DNA of 64,000 nucleotides from an uncultured Gammaproteobacteria bacterium (GCA_964453605.1 CAYVOI010000001.1:166276-230275); one strand, 5' to 3'. Positions 10,216 through 19,782 are shown, counted from the first letter of the stretch. The notes: generated by a model not told the origin, from the letters alone. Program-made: numbers and translations.

Positions 10216-11049
10216 ATGGTGAGCGTGCTCGCATTCCGTAAACAGGTTTGGGTGTGGTACCGTAGCCACGGCCGCCATAGTTTACCCTGGCGCCAAACGC
10301 AGAACCCCTACCGCGTGCTGGTGTCAGAAGTCATGCTGCAGCAGACACAAGTGCCACGCGTGCTGCCTAAGTACGCTGAGTTTGTGCACTCGTTTCCAAA
10401 CGTGCGAGCGCTCGCGCGAGCGCCACTCCGTAAGCTACTTAACGTTTGGCAGGGCTTAGGGTATAACCGCCGGGCGCTTAACCTGCGCAGGGCGGTGCAG
10501 GCAGTGGTAGGTACGCACCACGGCACAATGCCTAAGCGCGTGGCCGAACTAGAGCAGCTGCCAGGTGTGGGGCCGTACACGGCTCGAGCTGTAGCGAATC
10601 TAGCTTTTAACCAACCAGTGGCGCTACTTGAGACCAATATTCGTAAAGTTATTCTGCATCACTTTTTTCCTCGTCGTAAAAAGGTGACCGATAGAGAAGT
10701 AGTGGCTATTGCCGAACATTTACTCGACGCTAAGCGTCCCCGTGAATGGAATTTGGCACTCATGGACTACGGCGCCGCACACTTTAACGGTCGGGTACAG
10801 AACCCTAACCTGCGCAGCGCGCACTACACAAAGCAGTCCGCGTTTAAAGGCTCCCGTCGGTTTGTACGGGGTAAGGTAGTAGCTTTCCTGAGCCAACGCG
10901 GCTCGGTGAGTCGTGCCGAGCTCAGGCGCTACCTCAAAGCGCAAGGTCTTACGGCTCCCGAGCTAGCCCAGCTCAGTGCTGTGCTGGCGGCACTCAGCGC
11001 TGAGGGACTGGTTGTGCACCGGCGGACGCGGTATAGCTTGAGTGCCTAG
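10216..11049 (+). CDS. mutY: A/G-specific adenine glycosylase, MutY-like HhH-GPD protein (short, no Fe-S cysteines)
   Basis: LPWR, LVSEVMLQQTQV, WQGLGYNRRA, LPGVGPYTA. Confidence 0.85.
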   Translation: MVSVLAFRKQVWVWYRSHGRHSLPWRQTQNPYRVLVSEVMLQQTQVPRVLPKYAEFVHSFPNVRALARAPLRKLLNVWQGLGYNRRALNLRRAVQAVVGTHHGTMPKRVAELEQLPGVGPYTARAVANLAFNQPVALLETNIRKVILHHFFPRRKKVTDREVVAIAEHLLDAKRPREWNLALMDYGAAHFNGRVQNPNLRSAHYTKQSAFKGSRRFVRGKVVAFLSQRGSVSRAELRRYLKAQGLTAPELAQLSAVLAALSAEGLVVHRRTRYSLSA

Positions 11050-11128
11050 ATCCTGCTAGTTTATTCATGCCAGCTTCACCGCTGCCTGGCAGTGTTTTGG
11101 TACTTACCAAACTATAGCCACCTGGGTT

Positions 11129-11314
11129 ATGAAATCACTAGCTTGCCTTGACATTGTGGGGAGTAGAGCCTGCAGCTTTCTGGCTACCGGGGAAACTGAA
11201 GAAGAGGTAGTTGATGAAATGCAGCAACACGTAGAAGCTATGCACCCCAGCTTCGCTATTACGAGCGGCAAGCAGCTGATGGCCCTCATGCAATCAAAAA
11301 TGGAAGAAGTGTAA
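11129..11314 (+). CDS. DUF1059-like small metal-binding protein
   Basis: MKSLACLDIVGSRACSFLATGETEEEVV..MQQHVEAMH. Confidence 0.8.
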   Translation: MKSLACLDIVGSRACSFLATGETEEEVVDEMQQHVEAMHPSFAITSGKQLMALMQSKMEEV

Positions 11315-11415
11315 GTAGCTAAAACCCACATGCAACATATTTGAAAAGAGCCCCTTGGGACCGGGGTTCTTTTCACTAATATTTTATGCGTATTCGTTTG
11401 GTATGCCGATAGCCC

Positions 11416-11445
11416 TTGACAAGTTTACTCTTAATGGGCTATAGT
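11416..11445 (+). promoter_or_regulatory. Sigma70-type promoter of the 11549 gene
   Basis: TTGACA-18 nt-TATAGT, followed by boxA-like tgttctttacca. Confidence 0.6.
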
Positions 11446-11548
11446 ACACTGTTCTTTACCAAACGTTTGTGATTTCCGATTGGAGGTCTCTATCCCCAGT
11501 TCTTTAGTCGTAAATCACAAACCATAACATAACAGAGGGAAAACTAAA

Positions 11549-12169
11549 ATGAATAATATGCTGCTGCCGACAGAAATAGATAGCATCTTTAGTTTACTTA
11601 GGGCTGCATTTCCCAACGTGAATCAATTTTCTGATGAGATACGTCAACTATTGATTCATAACGCGGCCGACGTAACTAAAGAAACCATTACCGCAATCAC
11701 CGATGCCTTAATACGACTGGTGGCGAGGACGACGACTACTATAGTACTTACTCTTGATGTTGATCGCTCTCGTTCGCCTGAAGAGATGCTTGAAGCGACG
11801 AAATTTTTTTCCAGGGAGTCGAGTACCGATGGTTCTCATCTAGCCAACATGCCACGTGCGGGCAGTACACGTCAAGTTGTAGAGCTGTTCCGGCTTGAAT
11901 CATATACTGTCGGTTATCAGTTAGAGCTGGAACGTAAGCGGCGTGGTTATAAAACGCTGCTTGATTCATACCAACTAGGGTCCATTGCGGAGAAATATCC
12001 CGCCTTCGCTGATGAATGTACGCTGGTTACTCAATGGAAGAAGCCGGGGAGCCCTTATTGGGTTAGCTTAGTTTTTAAGCAATACCAAGGAAGACGCTTG
12101 GCTTCAATCAGTAAGCGTGGTGAGAACTACGATTGGCGTGGTCCTTGTTGGTGTGGTGGCATTCGTTAA
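11549..12169 (+). CDS. Hypothetical protein, C-terminus weakly resembling CLec-fold DGR target proteins
   Basis: AGAGGG SD; lower GC; ends YDWRGPCWCGGIR. Confidence 0.7.
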   Translation: MNNMLLPTEIDSIFSLLRAAFPNVNQFSDEIRQLLIHNAADVTKETITAITDALIRLVARTTTTIVLTLDVDRSRSPEEMLEATKFFSRESSTDGSHLANMPRAGSTRQVVELFRLESYTVGYQLELERKRRGYKTLLDSYQLGSIAEKYPAFADECTLVTQWKKPGSPYWVSLVFKQYQGRRLASISKRGENYDWRGPCWCGGIR

Positions 12170-12266
12170 TTAAGTGCATGTCCGTTAAGAAAATTAGAGC
12201 CCCGCGATAACATCAAGGGGCTTTTATAATATAAAAAACCACTCTCATCGAGTGGTGTGGAAGTAC

Positions 12267-12344
12267 TGGTACCGCCACCGGGATTCGAACCCGGGTTACC
12301 AGGATGAAAACCTGGCGTCCTAGACCGGCCTAGACGATGGCGGC
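12267..12344 (-). tRNA. tRNA-Glu (TTC)
   Basis: Reverse strand gccgccatcgtctagg..ccagg-tt-TTC-at-cctgg..ggttcgaatcccggtggcggtacca; CCA encoded. Confidence 0.95.
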
Positions 12345-12380
12345 AAAAAAGTGAGCAGAATGTAAATGTCCTAACCATTA

Positions 12381-12402
12381 CCCCGCCTCAAGCGGGGGCA
12401 GG
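12381..12402 (+). repeat. Hairpin+CAGG element in the tRNA-Glu precursor leader
   Basis: ccccgc-ctcaa-gcggggg-cagg, between the tRNA and its TTGACG-17-TAGAAT promoter (12427-12455, minus strand). Confidence 0.6.
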
Positions 12403-12503
12403 GACGATAGGGCTGTGAGCGTAGGCATTCTAGGTTCTCCTAACACGTGCGTCAAGGCGCCAAGCCTTGCTCCGGGCCCCTGCCTTACCTATACTAAGAG
12501 CGT

Positions 12504-12950
12504 ATGGCTAAGCTTTTTGTGCCTGAGCGCTCCAGAATAGATGACACCCAACAGGTGGTGCCAAACGTGGCGGCTGAAGCGGTTGAAGCCGCCTGGGCCC
12601 AGGCTGAGTACGAGGGGCAACTTTCGGTGGACGTATACCAAACTGAAGAGGCCCTGGTCATTACCTCCACCATAGCTGGCGTAAATCCGGAGGACTTAGA
12701 GGTGACGCTCAACAACGACGTGGTGACCATACGGGGTAAGCGTCGGCCTGAGCAGGTGGTGCCACCGGAAGACTACTTCTACCGCGAGTGCTACTGGGGT
12801 GGGTTTTCGCGTTCCATTGTGCTGCCCATGGAGGTCAAGGCCGAAGCTGTGCAAGCCAGGCTTCGGCACGGGGTGCTAACCGTGGTTCTCCCCAAAGCTC
12901 TTCACCCTAAGGCCGTGGCGGTTAAGATTGAGCCGCAGGACGAAGCCTAA
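12504..12950 (+). CDS. Hsp20/alpha-crystallin small heat-shock protein
   Basis: VDVYQT..LVI...IAGV..EDLEV, ECYWGGFSRSIVLP, GVLTVVLPK. Confidence 0.92.
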   Translation: MAKLFVPERSRIDDTQQVVPNVAAEAVEAAWAQAEYEGQLSVDVYQTEEALVITSTIAGVNPEDLEVTLNNDVVTIRGKRRPEQVVPPEDYFYRECYWGGFSRSIVLPMEVKAEAVQARLRHGVLTVVLPKALHPKAVAVKIEPQDEA

Positions 12951-12953
12951 GGT

Positions 12954-14816
12954 ATGTGGTTTTGGGTTAGCCGCCATCGTGTACTTGGGTGGCTTGGTTT
13001 GGCAGTGTTGGTTATGGCTCTAGCTGGTGGGGCGTCGGTTGCTTACGTTACCGCAGCCTACCAGAGTAGGGTGCTGCCGCGGGTTCACGTGGGCGCGCTG
13101 GATCTCAGTGGTTTAACCCGTGATCAAGCTGAACGGCAGCTGCAGCAAGCCTGGGATAGGGTTACCTCAGCTGGTATACCGGTGAAGGCTGGGCCCTACG
13201 AGCTCACGCTCACGCCGATTGTGAGCTCGCCTACTGACCCTGACCTCACCTACGAGCTGGTGCACTTTGACGCGGCACGTAATGCCGAGCGTGCCTTTGC
13301 GCTGGGGCATAAGGGGCAGTGGTGGCAGCGCTGGTTCATGCCGCTTATTGCCCTGGCGCGTAAACCCATGCTTAAGCCTGAGTTTGAGATTAACGCCGAT
13401 CAGGTGGCAACGTACCTGAGGGAGAACTTGCCGCAGCTGGAGCAGCCACCCCACCCCGCCCGTATTGCTATTGATGATTTTGGAAACTTAAGCGCACTGC
13501 CCGAGGCACCTGGGTTGGCCATTGATGTGGCCGGTTTTGCTCGTGAGCTTGAGGGTGCACTTACCCCCCTGCGCGCGCCCCTTGAGGCACTGGAGGTGCA
13601 GCTCACCTTAGTCAAGCCGCAGCTCACTGAAGCCGAGGTGCTAGCCAAGCTTCCTGAAGTTCGCCAGCTCATGCAGCCTAACGAGTTGGTGTTTACCTTT
13701 GAGCAGACCACCTGGCACGCGTCCGCCAGAACCTGGCAGCGCTGGCTCGAGGTGCGGCCGGCGGAAGGTGGCCTTGGCGTTGGGCTAAGTGAGCAGGCGG
13801 CGGCTGAGTTTTTTACCGCCATTAGTGAGCAGGTGAACCAACCTACTCAGGACGCTCGGGTAGAAGTTGCCGAGGGTAGGGTAGCGACCTTTACGCCAAG
13901 CCGCCAAGGCCGCACGGTTGATGTAGCGGCTACCCTAGCCTCTGCTGAAGCCTTGCTCAAAACTGGCCAGTTCGCACCGTTGCCGCTCACGGTGCGAACT
14001 ACCGAGCCCACTATTACCACCGCTGATGCCAATAGCTTAGGCATTACCGAAATAATCGGCGTTGGTGTCTCCAATTTTGCCCGTAGCCCTAAGAACCGGC
14101 GCGCCAACATTCGTACCGGGGCAGCTAAGCTCAATGGTGTCATTATAAAGCCCGACGAGGAGTTTTCACTTGTTAAAACGTTAGGCGATATCAACCAGGA
14201 CGCTGGCTACCTGCCCGAGCTGGTTATCAAAGGGGACAAAACCATTCCTGAGTTTGGCGGCGGGCTGTGCCAAATAGGCACCACCACCTTCCGGGCGGCC
14301 CTGGCCACCGGCCTGCCTATCTTAGAGCGCCGTAACCACTCGTACCGTGTGCCGTACTACGAGCCCGCCGGCACCGACGCCACTATCTACGACCCCAAGC
14401 CCGACCTGAGGTTTAAGAACGACACGGGCCATGCCATACTCATTCAAACCTCTATTACAGGGGATACCCTCACGTTCGAATTCTGGGGTACCGCTGACGG
14501 CCGCACCGTGGAGCAGACAAAACCCCTGCTCTCTAACTTTGTGCATCCCGACCCGTCGAAGCTGGTTCAAACTGAAGATCTGCCCGTTGGCACCAAGAAG
14601 TGTACGGAGAAAGCTCATGTAGGGGCTGACGCCAAGTTCACCTACACCGTAACCTATGCGGACGGCCATGTAGAGAGCCAGGTGTTCAAGAGCCACTACG
14701 TGCCGTGGCAGGAGGTGTGCCTTATCGGCGTGCCCAAAGGCACTCTGTCGCCCACGCCCGCTGGTGGGCCAGAGGTGTTGCCTTCCGCTGACACCTCGGG
14801 GGCCATAGGGAACTAG
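12954..14816 (+). CDS. VanW/YoaR family protein with peptidoglycan-binding (PG_binding_4-like) regions
   Basis: N-terminal TM; NRRANI, GGGLCQIGTT.FRA, ERRNHS, GTDATIY. Confidence 0.9.
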   Translation: MWFWVSRHRVLGWLGLAVLVMALAGGASVAYVTAAYQSRVLPRVHVGALDLSGLTRDQAERQLQQAWDRVTSAGIPVKAGPYELTLTPIVSSPTDPDLTYELVHFDAARNAERAFALGHKGQWWQRWFMPLIALARKPMLKPEFEINADQVATYLRENLPQLEQPPHPARIAIDDFGNLSALPEAPGLAIDVAGFARELEGALTPLRAPLEALEVQLTLVKPQLTEAEVLAKLPEVRQLMQPNELVFTFEQTTWHASARTWQRWLEVRPAEGGLGVGLSEQAAAEFFTAISEQVNQPTQDARVEVAEGRVATFTPSRQGRTVDVAATLASAEALLKTGQFAPLPLTVRTTEPTITTADANSLGITEIIGVGVSNFARSPKNRRANIRTGAAKLNGVIIKPDEEFSLVKTLGDINQDAGYLPELVIKGDKTIPEFGGGLCQIGTTTFRAALATGLPILERRNHSYRVPYYEPAGTDATIYDPKPDLRFKNDTGHAILIQTSITGDTLTFEFWGTADGRTVEQTKPLLSNFVHPDPSKLVQTEDLPVGTKKCTEKAHVGADAKFTYTVTYADGHVESQVFKSHYVPWQEVCLIGVPKGTLSPTPAGGPEVLPSADTSGAIGN

Positions 14817-14894
14817 CTCGTAGATAGACAAAACCCCGGCTCAGTGAGTCCGGGGTTTTTGGGCAGAGTAGCCACGGTTATAGCTACCGTATCG

Positions 14895-15356
14895 CTACCG
14901 CCTGCGCTTCGGGGAACTGCGACCAGAGTTGGTAATAGTGATGCTGAGTCTGGTCATACGGTTGAACTTCCGCCACAGCCACGGTCGGTGGGGGAGTTCC
15001 CAGGCCCCAATCTGTTGGTGGGGGGAGATAAACTGCAGTATCTCGTTTACCGTGGTTCGCACCGGCAATTTGATGTCGCTCAACTCGAGCTGTAGGTGCG
15101 CACACGGGATGACGTTGTGAGGCGCTTTGAGCAAGAAGTAGAGTGGCGTGTCGCCACGCTCTCGTCCGCTGTGGCCGAAGACAACCACGTTCGGCGATTT
15201 ACGCTCGCGTTCGAGCGTCAGGTTAAAGCCCTCGAGGAGCTGGGTGGGAGGTTGGCTGGGGCCAAGGGCGACGCCGGCGAGCTGGTCGGCCGGGATTGGT
15301 CGGCTGTTAGCGTGGCTGTTTTCAGTCGCATTAAGAATGGCGATTTTAATGGACAT
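14895..15356 (-). CDS. Hypothetical protein
   Basis: AGGAGGT SD before ATG; own TTGACG-17-TAAGGT promoter; downstream terminator at about 14830-14860. Confidence 0.7.
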   Translation of the reverse strand: MSIKIAILNATENSHANSRPIPADQLAGVALGPSQPPTQLLEGFNLTLERERKSPNVVVFGHSGRERGDTPLYFLLKAPHNVIPCAHLQLELSDIKLPVRTTVNEILQFISPHQQIGAWELPHRPWLWRKFNRMTRLSITITNSGRSSPKRRR

Positions 15357-15457
15357 AAGACCTCCTATGTTTGTTGGTGGTTGTTTGGGTTTGGTTGCCT
15401 GCTGTTACACGTTTATAACACAGTACCTTAGCATAACGTTTTAGTTCGTCAAGCTCG

Positions 15458-15709
15458 TAAAAAACAGGCACCCTTGCACGTTTGGGCACGCGCCCTACAC
15501 TTATGGAGAAACAAAAGATACCCCAGGAGGGGGTGGCAAGAAAATCTTCGTTGGCGTAGCTGAGCCAGAGCCCGGCTAGCCAGACAGTAGATTCCCATGC
15601 TTGTCGTGCCACCTCCTCTCGGGGTACCTGTAGTGTCTGCACTGTTCCGTACTAGGCCTTGTTTTAGGCCTGTTTTTCTAGTGTTTCGCCCATAGGCAAG
15701 GGTACGAAA
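15458..15709 (-). ncRNA. Candidate structured non-coding RNA or small-peptide mRNA
   Basis: TTGACA-17-TAAGCT promoter (15744-15716), 19-bp long-range stem (15520-15538 with 15607-15625), hairpin+T6 terminator near 15460-15490. Confidence 0.35.
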
Positions 15710-15779
15710 CATGCCAGCTTAGCACAGGGGCCGAACCTTGTCAAGGCCCATTGGTTAGTACGTTAAAAGGTAAAAATAA

Positions 15780-15812
15780 TAGAGGCTACTCGCAATATTG
15801 CGAGTAGCCTCT
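15780..15812. terminator. Perfect palindromic terminator
   Basis: agaggctactcgcaatattgcgagtagcctct downstream of the 15887 gene. Confidence 0.75.
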
Positions 15813-15886
15813 TAAGTTGCGAACCCTAGACCCAAGCCGCCTTGGGCGGAACACAAGGTTCAATTATTCGAACATCAAGGTACAGA

Positions 15887-16825
15887 TTACTGCGGTAGGA
15901 AGCCGGACACCGCGCCGCAGTTCCGATCGACAAAGCCAACCCAGTAGCCGACGAACCTCAGCTGACCGTCGTAGAAGCGGAAGTACAGCGAGAGCGAGAA
16001 ATCGCCATCGGCCTCAAGAGAATATTCGTCTCCTGCACAGTTCATGTCGAGTTCCTCGGTACGGACCGCGCGATCCGGATGCGTCAGCAACATGCAGCCG
16101 ACCTGAAACGCGCCGAGACCAAACTCGGTGAGCTTGTTCATGAGCTCGCGGCTGCGCTGGGTAGATTTGCCGCGGTACTTCAAGCCGAACTGACACGGAA
16201 TGACGAGCATGTCGCCAGGCTGCTGCTCGCCGATCCTGCCCAGGAACTTCGTCGTGCGTTCGCACTGACGAACGTACTCGGGACCGAGCTCGCCCTCGCG
16301 GTAGTTCTGGAACTTCCTGGTCGAGCCGATGATGGCGACAACTTTCTGCAACGCCTCGTGGTACGTCGGTGCGACCTTGTCGGGTCGCGGAATAGCGAAG
16401 TACCCCTCGGCACCGGCAGGTAACGTGAGTGTCGGCAGAACGGTTTTGATCCATTTGTTCGTCTGCTCAACCTTGAGCTCTGGGAAGTGCTTCGTCAGAA
16501 TGGCAATTTGTTCGGCAAGCGGCTTGTACGTGTACTCGGGCGGATAGGTGTAGCTCGAGGCCACTTCCTCGTCGGCGTACTGGTCGGAGACTGTCAGGCT
16601 CTCGATTTTTGCCAGAACCGCGTCAACCGCTGCGTTCTGCAGCTTACCGCCGCTCTTGATCACGACCTGGGCGTAGGTTTTGTCGAGCGCCACGCGCTTG
16701 CGAACAAGCTCGTACACCTTGGGTGCCATGTCTTCGAATAAACGTTTGATTTGCTTCCACTGTTCGTCGGTCGCTGGTTCGACCGTTGCAACTTCAGATG
16801 TCATTGATCCGTTGATCATGATCAT
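15887..16825 (-). CDS. Hypothetical protein, putative DGR-type variable (CLec-like) protein
   Basis: C-terminus CAGDEYS..ADGDFSLSLYFRFYDGQLRFVGYWVGFVDRNCGAVSGFLPQ with NNC-rich codons; the SD favours ATG 16819. Confidence 0.75.
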   Translation of the reverse strand: MIMINGSMTSEVATVEPATDEQWKQIKRLFEDMAPKVYELVRKRVALDKTYAQVVIKSGGKLQNAAVDAVLAKIESLTVSDQYADEEVASSYTYPPEYTYKPLAEQIAILTKHFPELKVEQTNKWIKTVLPTLTLPAGAEGYFAIPRPDKVAPTYHEALQKVVAIIGSTRKFQNYREGELGPEYVRQCERTTKFLGRIGEQQPGDMLVIPCQFGLKYRGKSTQRSRELMNKLTEFGLGAFQVGCMLLTHPDRAVRTEELDMNCAGDEYSLEADGDFSLSLYFRFYDGQLRFVGYWVGFVDRNCGAVSGFLPQ

Positions 16826-17057
16826 CCCCTTTCTTTATGTTTGTGAAACAATAGCGGTTTATGGCAGGTGCAAACCTTACGTAGTATCTATATTCGTTTA
16901 CCCCTACCAACCTAACTAAAACTATCTGGTTTCAGTTACGTTGGCGGGGGTAACATAATTTGTTAAGGAACAACCTATAGTACCCTTATTTTCAGGCGTA
17001 GTCAATAGCTAGTGCCTTGCCGCACAGCCCTCTGCCACGGTATGCTGAAGGTGCGCT

Positions 17058-18095
17058 ATGGCAACTGAAGAACAAGCAGCTCCGCGCCTTGTAACTGGCG
17101 AGGAACAAACTACAGACCGCGAGCTCGACACCCAGCTCCGGCCAAAGTCTTTGCGTGAGTACGTGGGGCAAACCCAGGTTAAGGCGAACTTAGAAATTTT
17201 CTTGGAGGCCGCTCGCCAGCGCGGCGAACCGATTGAACACGTGCTGCTCTATGGCCCACCGGGGTTAGGTAAAACTACGCTGGCCCACATTATTGCAGCC
17301 GAGATGAAGGCGCCTATCAAGGTAACTTCGGGCCCGGCCATTGAGCGTGCGGGGGACTTGGCGGCCATACTTACCAACCTTGAGCCGGGGAGTATTCTCT
17401 TTATTGATGAAATTCACCGTCTGAACAAGGTGATTGAGGAGGTGCTGTACCCGGCGATGGAGGAGTACGCGCTTGATTTGGTAATTGGTAAGGGGCCGTC
17501 AGCGCGTACGCTCCGGCTCGACTTGCCAAAGTTTACGCTCATTGGTGCCACTACGCGCTACCACCTACTTTCTGGGCCTCTCCGAAACCGGTTTGGTGCT
17601 ACCTACCGCTTGAATTTTTACCAGCCAGAGGAAATGGCGAAGATCGTGGAACGCTCTGCTAAGCTCCTCAGCCTACCTTTAGGCAAGGGGGCGAGTGAGG
17701 CGGTGGCTATTCGCTCGCGCGCTACTCCGCGGGTTTCCAACCGGCTCCTCAAGCGCGTGCGGGACTACGTTCAGGTGAAGGGTAGTGGCGCGGTGACGCC
17801 TGAGCTCGCCATTGCCGCGCTCGATCAGTTGGCAGTGGACCCGGTAGGGCTTGACGATCTAGACCGGCAAATCTTGCGGATTATTATAGAGAAGTTTAAG
17901 GGTGGCCCGGTGGGGCTAAACTCAGTGGCCGCCGCGCTCCAGGAGGAAATGGGCACCATTGAAGAGATTTACGAGCCCTTCCTCATGCAACTCGGGTTTC
18001 TGGCCCGAACTCCGCGGGGTAGGGTGGTGACCGAGGCGGCCTATGAGCACCTGGGGCTCCCTGTCCCAAACCAAAACCAGCACCGCTTGGTCTAA
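17058..18095 (+). CDS. ruvB: Holliday junction branch migration helicase RuvB
   Basis: [39 protein letters not shown]. Confidence 0.97.
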   Translation: MATEEQAAPRLVTGEEQTTDRELDTQLRPKSLREYVGQTQVKANLEIFLEAARQRGEPIEHVLLYGPPGLGKTTLAHIIAAEMKAPIKVTSGPAIERAGDLAAILTNLEPGSILFIDEIHRLNKVIEEVLYPAMEEYALDLVIGKGPSARTLRLDLPKFTLIGATTRYHLLSGPLRNRFGATYRLNFYQPEEMAKIVERSAKLLSLPLGKGASEAVAIRSRATPRVSNRLLKRVRDYVQVKGSGAVTPELAIAALDQLAVDPVGLDDLDRQILRIIIEKFKGGPVGLNSVAAALQEEMGTIEEIYEPFLMQLGFLARTPRGRVVTEAAYEHLGLPVPNQNQHRLV

Positions 18096-18098
18096 CCT

Positions 18099-18350
18099 AT
18101 GGCTATTCCGTTCACTATATTTTTAGGGCTCTACCTACTAGCAGTGTTCATTGTGCTCCTCTTCGGGCTGGCCAGTCTGTATCACCTCTTGAAGTTTGGG
18201 GTGCTCTCTACCACCTCGGTCACTATGACCTTTCTGCTCTGGGCCGGCACCATTAGTATTTTGTTTGCCTCATATCGTTTTATTTCTGCCTTTGATTGGA
18301 GCCAGAGTTTCGATGTGGTGAACTTTGCGGTGAGCCTCAAACCGTTCTAG
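18099..18350 (+). CDS. Small two-TM membrane protein
   Basis: Two hydrophobic segments; tightly packed between ruvB and the next gene. Confidence 0.7.
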   Translation: MAIPFTIFLGLYLLAVFIVLLFGLASLYHLLKFGVLSTTSVTMTFLLWAGTISILFASYRFISAFDWSQSFDVVNFAVSLKPF

Positions 18351-18361
18351 CCCTTACCCCG

Positions 18362-18931
18362 ATGCTCTCAGCTAAAATTTTGCCGCAACCACTGCCTGGT
18401 GAGCACATTGTGTTCATGCTCAGGCGGCACTGGTTAGTATTTACCCGTATCGTGCTGTTCTACCTGGTTCTGTTGCTGCTACCCCTGGTGGTGCGCTACG
18501 TGGTACAGAACTACTACCCCGGCGTGCTCGACGTTATTTTCAGTGGAGGGTTGCTGGAGGCGCTGTTCCGCTTGGGCGTTAGTTTGTACTTTTTGGCGGT
18601 GTGGGTGTTCTTCTGGAGCGCCTGGGTGGACTACTACCTTGACCTCTGGGTGGTAACCAATGAGCGTGTGATTAAGTTTGAACAAGATGGTTTGTTTAAC
18701 CGTACCGTGGCCGAGCTCAGGTTACTCAAGGTGCAGGATGTCTCGGCTACTACGCGCGGGCTCCTCAGCACGTTCCTTAACTTTGGCGAGGTGCGGCTCG
18801 AAACCGCTGGCGAGGAATCAGAACTCACCTTCACCTTTCACCAGGTACCTGGACCAAGTGTAGTGTCAGAGAAAATACTCCACCTGGCCGACGACTGCAG
18901 GCACGAGCACCAAAGCGAGAGCGGAACCTGA
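18362..18931 (+). CDS. Membrane protein with bacterial PH domain (bPH_2-like)
   Basis: LPGEH....RRHW, VVTNERV..EQ.GLFNR, VQDV, FG.V..ETAGE. Confidence 0.8.
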   Translation: MLSAKILPQPLPGEHIVFMLRRHWLVFTRIVLFYLVLLLLPLVVRYVVQNYYPGVLDVIFSGGLLEALFRLGVSLYFLAVWVFFWSAWVDYYLDLWVVTNERVIKFEQDGLFNRTVAELRLLKVQDVSATTRGLLSTFLNFGEVRLETAGEESELTFTFHQVPGPSVVSEKILHLADDCRHEHQSESGT

Positions 18932-19026
18932 AGGGTCCCTAGGCCTTGACAGAAAAGGCCAGTAGTGCTAACCTAGTCCAGATAAAAACCCGGCTTACAG
19001 CAGGGTTTTTGTTATACCAGAACCCT

Positions 19027-19485
19027 ATGTATCACACTGCAAAAATTCAGTTTATTCGCCTACCTGTGCTATTAGCTGCGTTAATTTGCCTCTCTCTAGA
19101 GGCACTGTTTCCGCACCTGGCGCTAGCACAGGCAGGGAGCATTCCTGACTACACTCCAGCGGGCCTGAGGCTCCCCGTAGCGGCTGCGCGCCCCGCTCGT
19201 TTGGTGGTTCAGGTGCTGGTGACGGCATATTCGTCCACTCCTGATCAAACCGACTCTTCTCCGTTCACCACGGCTAACGGTACCACCGTGCACACCGGCG
19301 TGGTGGCGGCAAACTGGTTACCATTTGGTACCCACGTCAGGCTGCCGGAACAGTTCGGTGGGCAGATGTTTGTGGTGGAGGATAGAATGAACCAGCGTTT
19401 TGCCAAGCGCCTCGACATTTGGATGCCAACCAGGGAACAAGCTGTAACCTGGGGCGCCCGCTACATTACCGTGGAGGTGCTGTAA
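19027..19485 (+). CDS. 3D-domain (MltA-like) cell-wall protein
   Basis: VTAYSSTPDQTD, VVAANWLPFGT, VEDRM, LDIW. Confidence 0.85.
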   Translation: MYHTAKIQFIRLPVLLAALICLSLEALFPHLALAQAGSIPDYTPAGLRLPVAAARPARLVVQVLVTAYSSTPDQTDSSPFTTANGTTVHTGVVAANWLPFGTHVRLPEQFGGQMFVVEDRMNQRFAKRLDIWMPTREQAVTWGARYITVEVL

Positions 19486-19637
19486 CGGTTTGGCCCCAGA
19501 GACTGTCTGAGCTTCAGACAGTATGTAGCCTAGTTGCCGCCCGCCATGAGTTCAAAATTACGGCGGGTTTGCTTATGCATGTAGCCTTGCTCCAGGGCTT
19601 ATTTTTTGTTAGAGTTCGATGTGCCTTGTACGCATTG

Positions 19638-19712
19638 GGCCTGGTAGCCAAGTAGTAAGGCAGGGGTCTGCAAAACCCCTATACGCGAGTGCAATTCTCG
19701 CCCAGGCCTCCA
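19638..19712 (+). tRNA. tRNA-Cys (GCA)
   Basis: ggcctgg/ccaggcc acceptor stem, agggg-tct-GCA-aa-acccct anticodon arm, U discriminator, CCA. Confidence 0.92.
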
Positions 19713-19782
19713 CGTTTTTGTCTTTCAGTCAGTAACCACCCCTCGCGGGTGCTTACTGCCTCGAGTGATATACTTACCCTGT

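Noticed and set aside
15096-15444. Plus-strand ORFs opposite 14895-15356
   Set aside because: The minus-strand ORF has the SD, promoter and terminator
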